A DNA stretch of 61,325 bases, filler included. It is 4 parts of 4 records of this genome, joined end to end, with 100 filler letters (N's around TTAATTAATTAA, not from the genome) between each part and the next. Parts side by side here need not be neighbours in the genome. Positions count along the whole stretch, not along the records: positions 1 to 20,420 come from SRR2962707_3466; 3 more parts are not named here. The stretch is one strand, 5' to 3'. Positions 8,755-17,790 of the stretch are shown here, piece after piece. The position numbers and the translations under genes were made by a program. The first letter of the stretch is position 1, and every line of letters begins with the position of its first letter. Under the pieces are notes generated by a model. The model made no database searches, was not told the DNA's origin, and saw only the letters and a list, made by a program, of their open reading frames with translations.

Positions 8755-9843
8755 GTGGAGTATTTGAATAAACTGGTAAGTTCAATAAATGCACCGGCCT
8801 CAATATCGAATCTGCAGCTTAACAATCGGGTCGTGATGGCTCCTATGACTCAGGAAAGCTCTGTAAAGCATATACCAGGAAAGACGCAGATCGAACACTA
8901 CGGACAAAGAGCAAAACACGGCGTTGGTCTCATTATTACTGAAGGGACTGTTATTCCGCACTCTTCCGCTAATGGGCACTTCAATGTACCGCTTATGTAT
9001 TCTGCAGCTGCACTTTCGGGGTGGAGCAAAGTCGTCAATGAAGTACACCGTTTCAATAGCAAAATATTTGCCCAGCTTTGGCATGTTGGTGGAGTAAGAG
9101 ACGCTGCAATGCCGCCTGAAGTTGGCGTACCTGCAGTTAGTCCGAGCGGATTGTCAGCTCCAAATATACCCAATGGAAGAAAGCTGACCATCAAGGAAAT
9201 TGATGAGGTAATTGTGGCATATGCAAATGCCGCTAAGAATGCACAGCTTTGCGGCTTTGATGGTATTGAGATACATGCCGCACATGGATATTTGATCGAT
9301 CAATTCTTGTGGCAAGCAACTAACTTGCGAAGTGATCGATACGGCGGTATTACAGAAAATCGCTATCGCTTTGCTACAGAAGTGGTAACTGCTATCCGTG
9401 ATGCGGTCGGTCCCGATTTCACAATATGTTTTCGTTGGTCTCAATGGAAAATTCAAAACTTTTCAGCATGTTTGTTTCAATCGCCGGAAGAATTAGCTCC
9501 TTTCTTACAGACTGTCTCTGAGGCTGGTGTCGATATATTCCATACTAGCACTAGACGGTTTTGGGAACCTGGGTTTAAAGGTAGTGAAAAGACACTTGCA
9601 GGCTGGACAAAAGCCATTACACAAAAGCCTTGTATAGCCGTTGGGGGAGTGGGGTTAGGCAATGACTTCTTGCTTGGTGGGCCATCAAGTGGCAGTCAAC
9701 ATGTTTATGAAAGCTTGATTCGGGGGTTAGAAGGTAATGAATTTGACTTGATTGCAGTTGGTCGATCACTACTCGCTGACTCGGCGTGGTTTTCAAAATT
9801 AAATCAAAAAAGTACGCAAAATAATAACCATGTTTTGGCTTAG
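8755..9843 (+). CDS. NADH:flavin oxidoreductase (old yellow enzyme family)
   Basis: NRVVMAPMT, QLWHVG, GFDGIEIHAAHGYLIDQF, NLRSDRYGG, DLIAVGRSLL. Confidence 0.92.
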   Translation: MEYLNKLVSSINAPASISNLQLNNRVVMAPMTQESSVKHIPGKTQIEHYGQRAKHGVGLIITEGTVIPHSSANGHFNVPLMYSAAALSGWSKVVNEVHRFNSKIFAQLWHVGGVRDAAMPPEVGVPAVSPSGLSAPNIPNGRKLTIKEIDEVIVAYANAAKNAQLCGFDGIEIHAAHGYLIDQFLWQATNLRSDRYGGITENRYRFATEVVTAIRDAVGPDFTICFRWSQWKIQNFSACLFQSPEELAPFLQTVSEAGVDIFHTSTRRFWEPGFKGSEKTLAGWTKAITQKPCIAVGGVGLGNDFLLGGPSSGSQHVYESLIRGLEGNEFDLIAVGRSLLADSAWFSKLNQKSTQNNNHVLA

Positions 9844-9903
9844 CGATATCTTTCGTTAAAAAGCCAAGCATTAGGTGAAATAAGTTTATAAGGACTGAGA
9901 TTT

Positions 9904-10890
9904 ATGTCAAACCAGAATGTAACGGAGTTATCCCGTCAGATACTGCAACTCGTGTTCCGTGAGCGAAAGTTGGTAGAGTCCGAGGTTTCGCTAGCAAATG
10001 AAGTTCATGAATATCTAAGTGAAGATGAACTATACCCTCATCTAGATATGATAGAGCGGATGGTAATAAAAGATGAACCTATAACTATGGTATTACCAGC
10101 TTATCCGGGAAAATCACCAAACCGCAATAAAACATTAAGTAAATATCCAGATTTAGCTGAAAAGCATTCTATCGATATGCTTCATATACTTTGCGACAGG
10201 ATTGAAAAAATTTACCCGCCAGGTGTAAAGGTATTAATTTGTTCTGATGGCTATGTGTTTTCGGATCTTGTACGGATCCCTGATACAGATGTGCATAGCT
10301 ATACTGAGGCAATCAAAGAGTATTACACAAGGAATTACCCAACACAGTTCGATTTCTTCGATATTAAAGACGCCTTCCCAGAAATAAAATGCTTAGACGC
10401 GATGCGAGAAGAATTAATGATCCGCTATGGTGAGTCGTTGGTCAGTTTAACGAATCGTTCACAAAGTGAGAAAGAAACTCGTTCCATGTACCAAGGGATT
10501 ACTAAGTTTTTATTTGAGGATTTTCTCGGTTTAGTTGAGTTCACCCAAGTCAGTAAAACTCAGGTACAAAAAGCAGCTAAGTCTACGGCCTTAAGAGTAA
10601 TACTTCGTAGTAATGCTTGGAGCAAGCTACTGGAAGTGAGATCCCCTGAAGCCTTGCGACTATCAATCCATCCTCAATTTAGAGTTTCTCAAAAGATAGG
10701 CATAAAACTCGCCAATTCAGCAGATTGCTGGCGTACACCATGGCACTCAGTTGCGGTGCTGAGAAAGAATCAAATTCATCTTGCTCATAGAAATATGGTG
10801 AGCGAGAGCAGTCATCGATTGATGTTTAGTCAAGGCGCGCCAAGTCATTACGTGATGTCTTGGGAAAATGGGGCTGTAGCACATGTATAA
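9904..10890 (+). CDS. Isocyanide synthase (PvcA/IsnA/Dit1 family), stand-alone
   Basis: LPAYPGKSPN, ICSDGYVFSDLV, RSNAWS, LRLSIHPQ and TPWHSVAV are the characteristic ICS motifs. Confidence 0.9.
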   Translation: MSNQNVTELSRQILQLVFRERKLVESEVSLANEVHEYLSEDELYPHLDMIERMVIKDEPITMVLPAYPGKSPNRNKTLSKYPDLAEKHSIDMLHILCDRIEKIYPPGVKVLICSDGYVFSDLVRIPDTDVHSYTEAIKEYYTRNYPTQFDFFDIKDAFPEIKCLDAMREELMIRYGESLVSLTNRSQSEKETRSMYQGITKFLFEDFLGLVEFTQVSKTQVQKAAKSTALRVILRSNAWSKLLEVRSPEALRLSIHPQFRVSQKIGIKLANSADCWRTPWHSVAVLRKNQIHLAHRNMVSESSHRLMFSQGAPSHYVMSWENGAVAHV

Positions 10891-11530
10891 ACTCGCTATT
10901 TTCGATCTTGATGGCACCTTGGTCGATACTCTAAACAGCATCACCACGAGCGTAAATATTTTGAGAGAAAGAGTCGGCCTTAATGCCGTGGATAAAGTAT
11001 CTGTTTTACCGTTTATTGGTAAGGGGAGTGCAAATATGTTGCAAGCACTGTGTAATACTTCCTCTGGATCGTTACATAAGACTGTTGCCTCTTACAATAA
11101 AATATATGAAGACAACCTATTTACTCAGCTCAACGTTTATCAAGGTATAGGGCAACTACTTGAGAACTTGAGTACGCAAGGTGTAAAGACAGCAGTAGTC
11201 ACCAATAAATACCATCGTCAAGCACTAGATGTATTGGAGTACTGTTTTAAGCACTTTGCATTTGATGCAATTCAAGGTGTGACTGATGAAACACTCAAAA
11301 AACCTAATCCAGTTCAAACTGTAAAGCTTATCGAAAAACTCGGCGTTCAGGCTCATGAGGCGGTTTTTATTGGCGATTCAGAGATTGATTACCTTACCGC
11401 ACAGGCCTCAAGCATCGATTTTAAGTTTGTTACTTGGGGGTACGGCATAGCTGGACAGTTTGATCTTAAGACTGATGAGATTGTGAGTTCGGCACCAGAT
11501 TTACAAAAAGCAATATTAGGAACTTTCTAA
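10883..11530 (+). CDS. HAD-family phosphatase (phosphoglycolate-phosphatase-like)
   Basis: IFDLDGTLVDT, VVTNK, KKPNP and FIGDSEID. It overlaps the ICS stop codon. Confidence 0.9.
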   Translation: MYKLAIFDLDGTLVDTLNSITTSVNILRERVGLNAVDKVSVLPFIGKGSANMLQALCNTSSGSLHKTVASYNKIYEDNLFTQLNVYQGIGQLLENLSTQGVKTAVVTNKYHRQALDVLEYCFKHFAFDAIQGVTDETLKKPNPVQTVKLIEKLGVQAHEAVFIGDSEIDYLTAQASSIDFKFVTWGYGIAGQFDLKTDEIVSSAPDLQKAILGTF

Positions 11531-11539
11531 GAGAACATC

Positions 11540-13744
11540 ATGGAAATTTATAACTACATAAAGATAAGCGATAGGGTTGCATTAGCAGGTCAGCCATCAG
11601 CACAAGAGTTTGAAGAGCTAGTAGCGAATGGTGTGGATTGCGTCATTAACCTTGCACCATATGATGAGCGTTATTCTATAGACAATGAAGCTGAACTGAT
11701 TGAAAGACTTGCTGCAACGTATATATACTACCCAATAGACTTTGCGAATCCAACACTTAAAGATTATGCAAAAGTAGAAGCGCTGCTGTTGGATAATCAA
11801 GATAAAAATGTACTACTGCATTGCGCAGCTAACTACCGAGCTTCGTTGCTATTTGGGCATTTTGCGATTCGTCACTTGGGCTGGAGTCGCGCAGAAAAAA
11901 AGGCCTTGATAAACCAGATTTGGTCATTGGACAACTTTCCTACTTGGAAGGTTTTGGACAAAAAGCTTGATGCTGGATTAAGCGACGATATTAATACGCA
12001 GGTAGCTGATGTTATCGAAATGTACTTGGTGCAATCCGGCGATGGCTTTGCAAAGGCGGGGCGAACCCATCTTGCAAATGCGATTAATGTATTTACTAGT
12101 CAAGATCAGGCTGTGCAACTTATACTACCTGGGTTTCCGTGCAAATCACCAAACATAGAAGCGAAATCATTTTCTAAATTGCCAGATTACGGTGAGGTAT
12201 TAGCCGTAGAGCGTATGCAGTCTATGTGTGATGATATCCAAGATATTTATTCAAAAGGCGCGAAAATAACCATTATTAGTGATGGTGCAACTTTCTCTGA
12301 TCTTGTTGGTGTTGATGATTCCATCATGCAGGAATATAACGCAGCATTAAGAACGTTAACCATAACTCATGACATACAATGGGCAGATTTAACCGATTTA
12401 TGTCAGTTGGAAAAAGCAAATTCAGAATATGACTCTGCTTATCTAAGAAAGCAGCTACTAAAGAATTTAACAATCAATCCCAGAGCACTGCAAAATTATA
12501 CCGATAAGGTTAAAAAAGATGCGCAGCTTCGTATCGAACATGATGACTTATGCAGCTATCTATATAACGATGTTTGTCTTGTACATTTATCGCAAAACGA
12601 TAGAGACGATTACTTGGCAAGTATATGCGATAAAGCCTATGAAATGATGTTTCGAGGTAAAGCTCTGACGCATAGTATTAATGAACGATTCTCAAATCAT
12701 ATCCGCTTGTCAACGCACCGATATGACAATACAGGGCCAAAGTTCTCTATCGCTTTATCCGCGAATAACCAACAAGTACTAGCGCCTTGGCACGCTGTTC
12801 CTGTGATGCGCTTGAATGGCAATGTTGAGTTGATGCCGCATGCAACAGCTAAAGAACTCAATGTCGCTAATGTGACTTTCGCAAATAGCAACTGGATGTA
12901 TATCGAAGTTTCGGAAGCGCGTTTGACAACATTGCAATTTGAAGTTCTGAAGTCACCTCGTTTCGGGCTTAAAATAACCCTACCTTCAGATGTGACTTAT
13001 CAAGAGCTGCAGCCTCAATTCCTAACCATGTTAAGCCAAGAGTTCGGTTTTATTTTACTTCCAAATGCTGACTTTGAAGAAGAACAGGAGTTAGTTGAGT
13101 TAACTGCTCCTTTTGGTGAGATTTATCAATGGCAGTTTGGGCCAGTTCATGTGGTGAAGCCTGAAGAAAAGCCTAATGGATTTGTTCACTCGATTGAAAA
13201 AACACCATTACATTGGGATTTGAGCATGTTACCGCTCGATCATGAGCGTGTTATTGATAATGAGCGTTTCTACGCATCAACCTTTTTACTTTACTGTAAA
13301 ACCGCTGCGCAGCCTGGCGAAGGGCAAACCACGATTGTTGATAGTCGAAATGTGTTGAAGCTTGCTGGTCGGAAAAAGGTTAGGGAGTGGCAAGAAACAG
13401 AAGTTATCTACTCCACAAAAATGACTTACTTTGGCGGTGTGCCGCGAGTTTATCCTTTGGTGTTTGAACACCCCAAAAATGGTGAGCTACTGCTGCGTTA
13501 TCAAGAGGGAAGTAACTCTGAGCTCCAAACTTTTGAATTGAGCTCAGAGCAACTTGAAAGCAATACATTTAATGCGGTGATCTCTGAAGTCAATGAGTTG
13601 TGTTATGACGAGCGCTGCATGATTGCCCATGACTGGCAGGATGGCGATTTAATCATAGTAGACAATCATTACACCCTACACGGAAGGTTGTCTATGACGG
13701 AGCTTTCTATGAGCCGTGAAGTGTGGCGAGTACAGGTAATTTAA
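11540..13744 (+). CDS. Three-domain fusion: DUF442/PTP-fold Cys domain + isocyanide synthase + TauD-like Fe(II)/2OG dioxygenase
   Basis: aa ~1-145: AGQP, VINL, LLHCAANYR. aa ~150-460: LPGFPCKSPN, IISDGATFSDLVGV, IRLSTH, APWHAVPV. aa ~465-734: PLHWD (HxD), GEGQTTIVD, HDWQDGDLIIVDNHYTLHGR. Confidence 0.88.
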   Translation: MEIYNYIKISDRVALAGQPSAQEFEELVANGVDCVINLAPYDERYSIDNEAELIERLAATYIYYPIDFANPTLKDYAKVEALLLDNQDKNVLLHCAANYRASLLFGHFAIRHLGWSRAEKKALINQIWSLDNFPTWKVLDKKLDAGLSDDINTQVADVIEMYLVQSGDGFAKAGRTHLANAINVFTSQDQAVQLILPGFPCKSPNIEAKSFSKLPDYGEVLAVERMQSMCDDIQDIYSKGAKITIISDGATFSDLVGVDDSIMQEYNAALRTLTITHDIQWADLTDLCQLEKANSEYDSAYLRKQLLKNLTINPRALQNYTDKVKKDAQLRIEHDDLCSYLYNDVCLVHLSQNDRDDYLASICDKAYEMMFRGKALTHSINERFSNHIRLSTHRYDNTGPKFSIALSANNQQVLAPWHAVPVMRLNGNVELMPHATAKELNVANVTFANSNWMYIEVSEARLTTLQFEVLKSPRFGLKITLPSDVTYQELQPQFLTMLSQEFGFILLPNADFEEEQELVELTAPFGEIYQWQFGPVHVVKPEEKPNGFVHSIEKTPLHWDLSMLPLDHERVIDNERFYASTFLLYCKTAAQPGEGQTTIVDSRNVLKLAGRKKVREWQETEVIYSTKMTYFGGVPRVYPLVFEHPKNGELLLRYQEGSNSELQTFELSSEQLESNTFNAVISEVNELCYDERCMIAHDWQDGDLIIVDNHYTLHGRLSMTELSMSREVWRVQVI

Positions 13745-13756
13745 GGAATATATAAA

Positions 13757-14944
13757 ATGAATAACACGATGACATTTGAACAAATAGATAACAATATTGA
13801 TGGAATTATTAATCAAATAGCTGCGGCGAGTGCAGATATTGAAGCACTGAGAAGGTTACCAGAAAGTACAGTTACTCTGCTTAAAGATACTGGTGTCTTC
13901 AGTATGGCGATGCCAAAATCAATGGGAGGGGCAGAACTTGACCCTATCAGTCAAATTAAACTGATTGAGAAAATATCTCGTGCTAATAGTGCAGCAGGGT
14001 GGTGCACTATGATCGGTTCAGACAGTGGCTATTTTGCAGCAATGTTACCTCAAGAACTTGCAATTAAAACCTATCCAAACCCACATGTCATTAGTGGTGC
14101 TGCATTATCGCAAACGGGTAAAGCGCGCAAAGTTGCTGGTGGTTTTATGGTAAGTGGTCGTTGGCCTTTTGTAAGTGGTTGTAATAATGCACAGTGGTTG
14201 ATTGCGGGTTGTAAAGTGTATGACGGTGAAGACATGGTGCTACTTGATGGAGAAGTTCCGCAAACACTGCAATGTTTTTTAAATATGTCAGATCTTGAAA
14301 TCCTTGATACTTGGCATGTGATGGGGTTACGGGGTAGTGGAAGTAATGATGTCGCGCTGCAACAAGAGGTATTTGTTGCAGAGGAAATGACGTTTAGCTT
14401 CCAGCAACCAAGAAGTTTTCAGGATGGAGCGCTTTACCAATTTCCAATGGCTTTTATGTTTAATTTCTCTGCTGTACCTCTTGGGTTGGCGCAATCTGCA
14501 CTAGACTTTTTTCTTTCGCAGGCAAATAAACCGACAAGGCAAGTTCATCAAGCTGGGCAATTTTTAAAAGGTCGTACATTAAAAGATGAATCTTTTGTAC
14601 AAGGTACGGTTGGCGAAGCTGCAACGAAACTCAGAATGTTACGAGCATTTTTGTATCATGAAGTTGAGCAAATTTGGACTTTATTAAAACAAGATGAGGT
14701 TCCTTCTCCAGTGCAACAAGTGGCTTTTTTGGCAGCTACCACGGAAGTGTTTAGCGGCTGCCAAGAGATTGTAGAAACATTAGTTAAGTGTCGTGGTGGT
14801 TCAGCGGTTTATCAGGGAAACCCGTTAGAGCAAGCGCTTCGAGATATTGTCACTATGAATCAACATGCTATGACCTCACCGCGTAACCAACATCAATTGG
14901 GGAGAGCGCTGCTAGGTGTTCCACCTGAGCAGATTTTACTTTAA
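13757..14944 (+). CDS. Acyl-CoA-dehydrogenase-fold flavin-dependent monooxygenase (HsaA/C2-HpaH-like)
   Basis: RRLPE, MPKSMGG, SAAGW, VSGRWPFVSGCNNAQW, DTWHVMGLRGSGSND, GGSAVY...LEQALRD. Confidence 0.85.
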   Translation: MNNTMTFEQIDNNIDGIINQIAAASADIEALRRLPESTVTLLKDTGVFSMAMPKSMGGAELDPISQIKLIEKISRANSAAGWCTMIGSDSGYFAAMLPQELAIKTYPNPHVISGAALSQTGKARKVAGGFMVSGRWPFVSGCNNAQWLIAGCKVYDGEDMVLLDGEVPQTLQCFLNMSDLEILDTWHVMGLRGSGSNDVALQQEVFVAEEMTFSFQQPRSFQDGALYQFPMAFMFNFSAVPLGLAQSALDFFLSQANKPTRQVHQAGQFLKGRTLKDESFVQGTVGEAATKLRMLRAFLYHEVEQIWTLLKQDEVPSPVQQVAFLAATTEVFSGCQEIVETLVKCRGGSAVYQGNPLEQALRDIVTMNQHAMTSPRNQHQLGRALLGVPPEQILL

Positions 14945-15009
14945 AAGGTGAACCTGCGTCGGTGATGCAGGGCATCTCCTATACTTGTTAAAAAGCAAGG
15001 AGCTACGAA

Positions 15010-16458
15010 ATGAATTCGTTAGAAAACTACTTTTTTCCTTATCGCGAGGGAATAATAGGCACAGAATACAAGGTATCTAGAAATAATCAGAGCAAGTCTT
15101 TAATTTATGCTGATTGGACGGCTAGCGGGCGTTTATATGAGCCAATAGAATGTTATATAAATAAAGAACTAGGACCTTATATTGCTAACACCCACACAGA
15201 GTCTAATGAGACCTCTCGAGTGATGACTAAGGCATATCATGAGGCGCAGGATATCATCAAAGCGCATGTCAATGCGGATGATGATGACATCTTATTATTT
15301 ACTGGAAACGGTTCAACAGCAGCTGTAAATAAGTTACAGCGTTTAATGGCATTGAAAGGAGCCTGTGTCGATGCAGAGCCTCTTCCAGTGGTTTTTGTTA
15401 CGCACATGGAGCATTACTCAAATCACGCTTCATGGCTGGCATGCGACGTCGAAGTTGTTGTTATTCCTGCTGCAAAAGGTAAGCCTGCGTCTGATTTAGC
15501 CGCCTTTAAACGCTTGTTATCTACGTACGAGGGGCGCCAGATTATTGGTGCATTTAGCGCGGCCTCTAATGCTTCTGGTGTGTGTACTAAGCTAAGTGGT
15601 TTAGCGGCTTTAGTGCACCAATACGGCGGTATCTGTATTGCTGATTTCGCAGCAGCAGCTCCATATGTTGATATCAACATGCATCCTGATCGACATGAAT
15701 GTCGCTTGGACGCGGTCTTTTTCTCCCCACACAAGTTTTTAGGTGGTCCCGGTGCTTCAGGTGTGTTGATATTTAATAAAAGTTTATATCGGCTAAATAC
15801 CCCAGACCAACCTGGAGGTGGTACGGTAGAGTCAGTGGATAAGATGGGCAATCCCACTTATATCGCAGATATTACGCAAAGAGAAGATGGTGGAACACCT
15901 GGAACATTACAAGCTGTTCGTGCAGCTTTGGCTGTGGTGCTAAAGGAAAAAATGGGAGTGGAAAACATTCTTGCAAGAGAAAAAGAGCTCAGATTTTTAC
16001 TTGCACAGCAGTTACGAGCCATTTCAGGCCTCCATATTGTTGAAGATCAGCCGGTTGAAAAGCTGGGTATTATTTCCTTTTTTGTTAATAACCTTGACCA
16101 CAACGACATTGCTGAGGAATTAGATAACCAATTCGCGATTCAAGTTCGAGGTGGGATCTCTTGTGCTGGCTATTATGCCCATCATATTTTTAAGAAGGAA
16201 TTTGAAAAGCTAGGGTGTGGTGTAAAAAGTGCTACGCCAGCAGGTTGGGTAAGAATTTCGTTACATCCGACAATGACGACAGCAGAAATAAATGAAATCG
16301 GCACTGCAGTCAAGGCTGTTATTGAGCAGCTAAAATTGAGTAAAAAAACCAGTAGTAAATTAATTACAGATAAGCAGATGGATCTCCGCGAGGTTGAGCT
16401 ATTTTCGTCTTCTACAAGCTGGAATAAACAAAACGAAGAAGTAGCGATAGGTGTTTAA
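15010..16458 (+). CDS. Class V PLP enzyme, cysteine desulfurase/selenocysteine lyase-like
   Basis: YADWTASGR, EHYSN, DFAAAAPY, PLP Lys in FSPHKFLGGPG, EDGGTPG, Cys loop RGGISCAG and GWVRIS. Confidence 0.85.
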   Translation: MNSLENYFFPYREGIIGTEYKVSRNNQSKSLIYADWTASGRLYEPIECYINKELGPYIANTHTESNETSRVMTKAYHEAQDIIKAHVNADDDDILLFTGNGSTAAVNKLQRLMALKGACVDAEPLPVVFVTHMEHYSNHASWLACDVEVVVIPAAKGKPASDLAAFKRLLSTYEGRQIIGAFSAASNASGVCTKLSGLAALVHQYGGICIADFAAAAPYVDINMHPDRHECRLDAVFFSPHKFLGGPGASGVLIFNKSLYRLNTPDQPGGGTVESVDKMGNPTYIADITQREDGGTPGTLQAVRAALAVVLKEKMGVENILAREKELRFLLAQQLRAISGLHIVEDQPVEKLGIISFFVNNLDHNDIAEELDNQFAIQVRGGISCAGYYAHHIFKKEFEKLGCGVKSATPAGWVRISLHPTMTTAEINEIGTAVKAVIEQLKLSKKTSSKLITDKQMDLREVELFSSSTSWNKQNEEVAIGV

Positions 16459-17101
16459 TCTTGGTTTGTTCGTTATTGTGGGTTATTAAATGAGTTGAAA
16501 TATATCTTAAAGGCTTGGTTTTTGTCGATAACGATCAAGCTCCATCAAAAGAGACGTAATCACTGATACATATTTTCGGGAGTAACCTACCAGCTATTTT
16601 TGGAGTGGGCCAAAGTGGCGAGGTGTTTAGCGCTTATTTTGACAAAGAAGCAACAAGTAGATGCTCAAGCAGTAACTTGCTTTAATTGAACCTGCGGGCA
16701 GCAGTGCACAAACGCAAGATAAAATCGGTGACAGTGGCGCTAGGTAGTAACATCAATACATACGTGCAAAGTAATCGGTGTTTGTGTTACTTCCACTGAT
16801 TCTTATTACCAGCGAAGCTGGCAAACCAGAGGTGCCATAATAAGTAAAAGATGCATAAGTAACTGTAACCCGCTTCGGCAGTATTTGCGATTAAGCGTGC
16901 AAAATAGCGTAACATTATATACTTTATCAGATCAGTATTGCATTTGAGAATGTGGTTTCTAATAAGCTCCAAGTGTAGTAACTGGGAAGTCAGGTATCTA
17001 AACTTGGCGGAAAGTAAGTCACTGAAATTAAATAGCAATGCATCAGGCTAACCGTTAAACTAAAAGTCATCCTTAGAATCTACTATCTAAAGCTTAGGAA
17101 T

Positions 17102-17560
17102 TTACTTAGCCTTAGCATCAGTTCCAAGTAAGCTCTCAATGTAGGCGAGTTCTTCGCTAAAAATACCATTAAAAAATGCACTTTGCTCAACGGTTACTGC
17201 GTCATTAGGTTGGGCTTTGTAGTCTTGCTGGCATCTGACAAGTTCGCTTGATATCCATTGGCATACGTCGGTTGCTGTATTTATTGCTGTTTTTAAAAAC
17301 GATGACCATTTAATCTTTTGTAAATTAAAGCGATAGAGTGTTACAGCAATAAGGCTATATGCATGTTGCTCAGATGAGGGCGTGTTATCACTCTTTATTG
17401 TGTAACTATTTAGCAGCTTACTGCTGATAAGCGCGTGTTGCAGTGCGACTTGTTGTGGTTCACTTAGAAAAGTAGTGGTCATAACGTATTGGTGGCCTCT
17501 ATCCGCTGGATTAAACGTGGCATTTAAACTGGAAGCTAGGCAAGGCGTTGGATGACTCAT
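17102..17560 (-). CDS. Hypothetical protein (true start possibly ATG 17482)
   Basis: 152-aa ORF with no recognised motif. AGAGG lies upstream of the internal ATG. Confidence 0.45.
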   Translation of the reverse strand: MSHPTPCLASSLNATFNPADRGHQYVMTTTFLSEPQQVALQHALISSKLLNSYTIKSDNTPSSEQHAYSLIAVTLYRFNLQKIKWSSFLKTAINTATDVCQWISSELVRCQQDYKAQPNDAVTVEQSAFFNGIFSEELAYIESLLGTDAKAK

Positions 17561-17714
17561 GCAATAGCGAAGAAATGCAGCAACAGTGATAGCAAATCAG
17601 GACTGACTCTTTACTGAATTAGTCAAATACAATTGTAATCGAAGAAGTGGTTTAGGTTCTAATTTGTGGTTTACTGCTGTGCTGGCCTGTAGGTAAAAAC
17701 AACTAATAAAAGGT

Positions 17715-17748
17715 CAGCCAACAACGATTACTTAATGGTTGTTGGCTG
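17715..17748 (-). terminator. Probable terminator downstream of the DUF885 gene
   Basis: CAGCCAACAAC / GTTGTTGGCTG 11-bp inverted repeat followed by a T-rich run on the minus strand. Confidence 0.6.
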
Positions 17749-17790
17749 GTACTTATTACATAAATATGCATCAATCAAATGCAATGAGCG

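Noticed and set aside
16667-16690. Resemblance of AAGCAGT..TGCTT..TTAATT to the hairpin at 857-895 (possible REP pair flanking the BGC)
   Set aside because: The match is short and AT-rich and the stems differ in length, so it cannot be distinguished from chance without a genome-wide count.
16787-17038. 83-aa ORF downstream of the BGC
   Set aside because: Non-ATG start, no RBS or motif, and composition like intergenic DNA.
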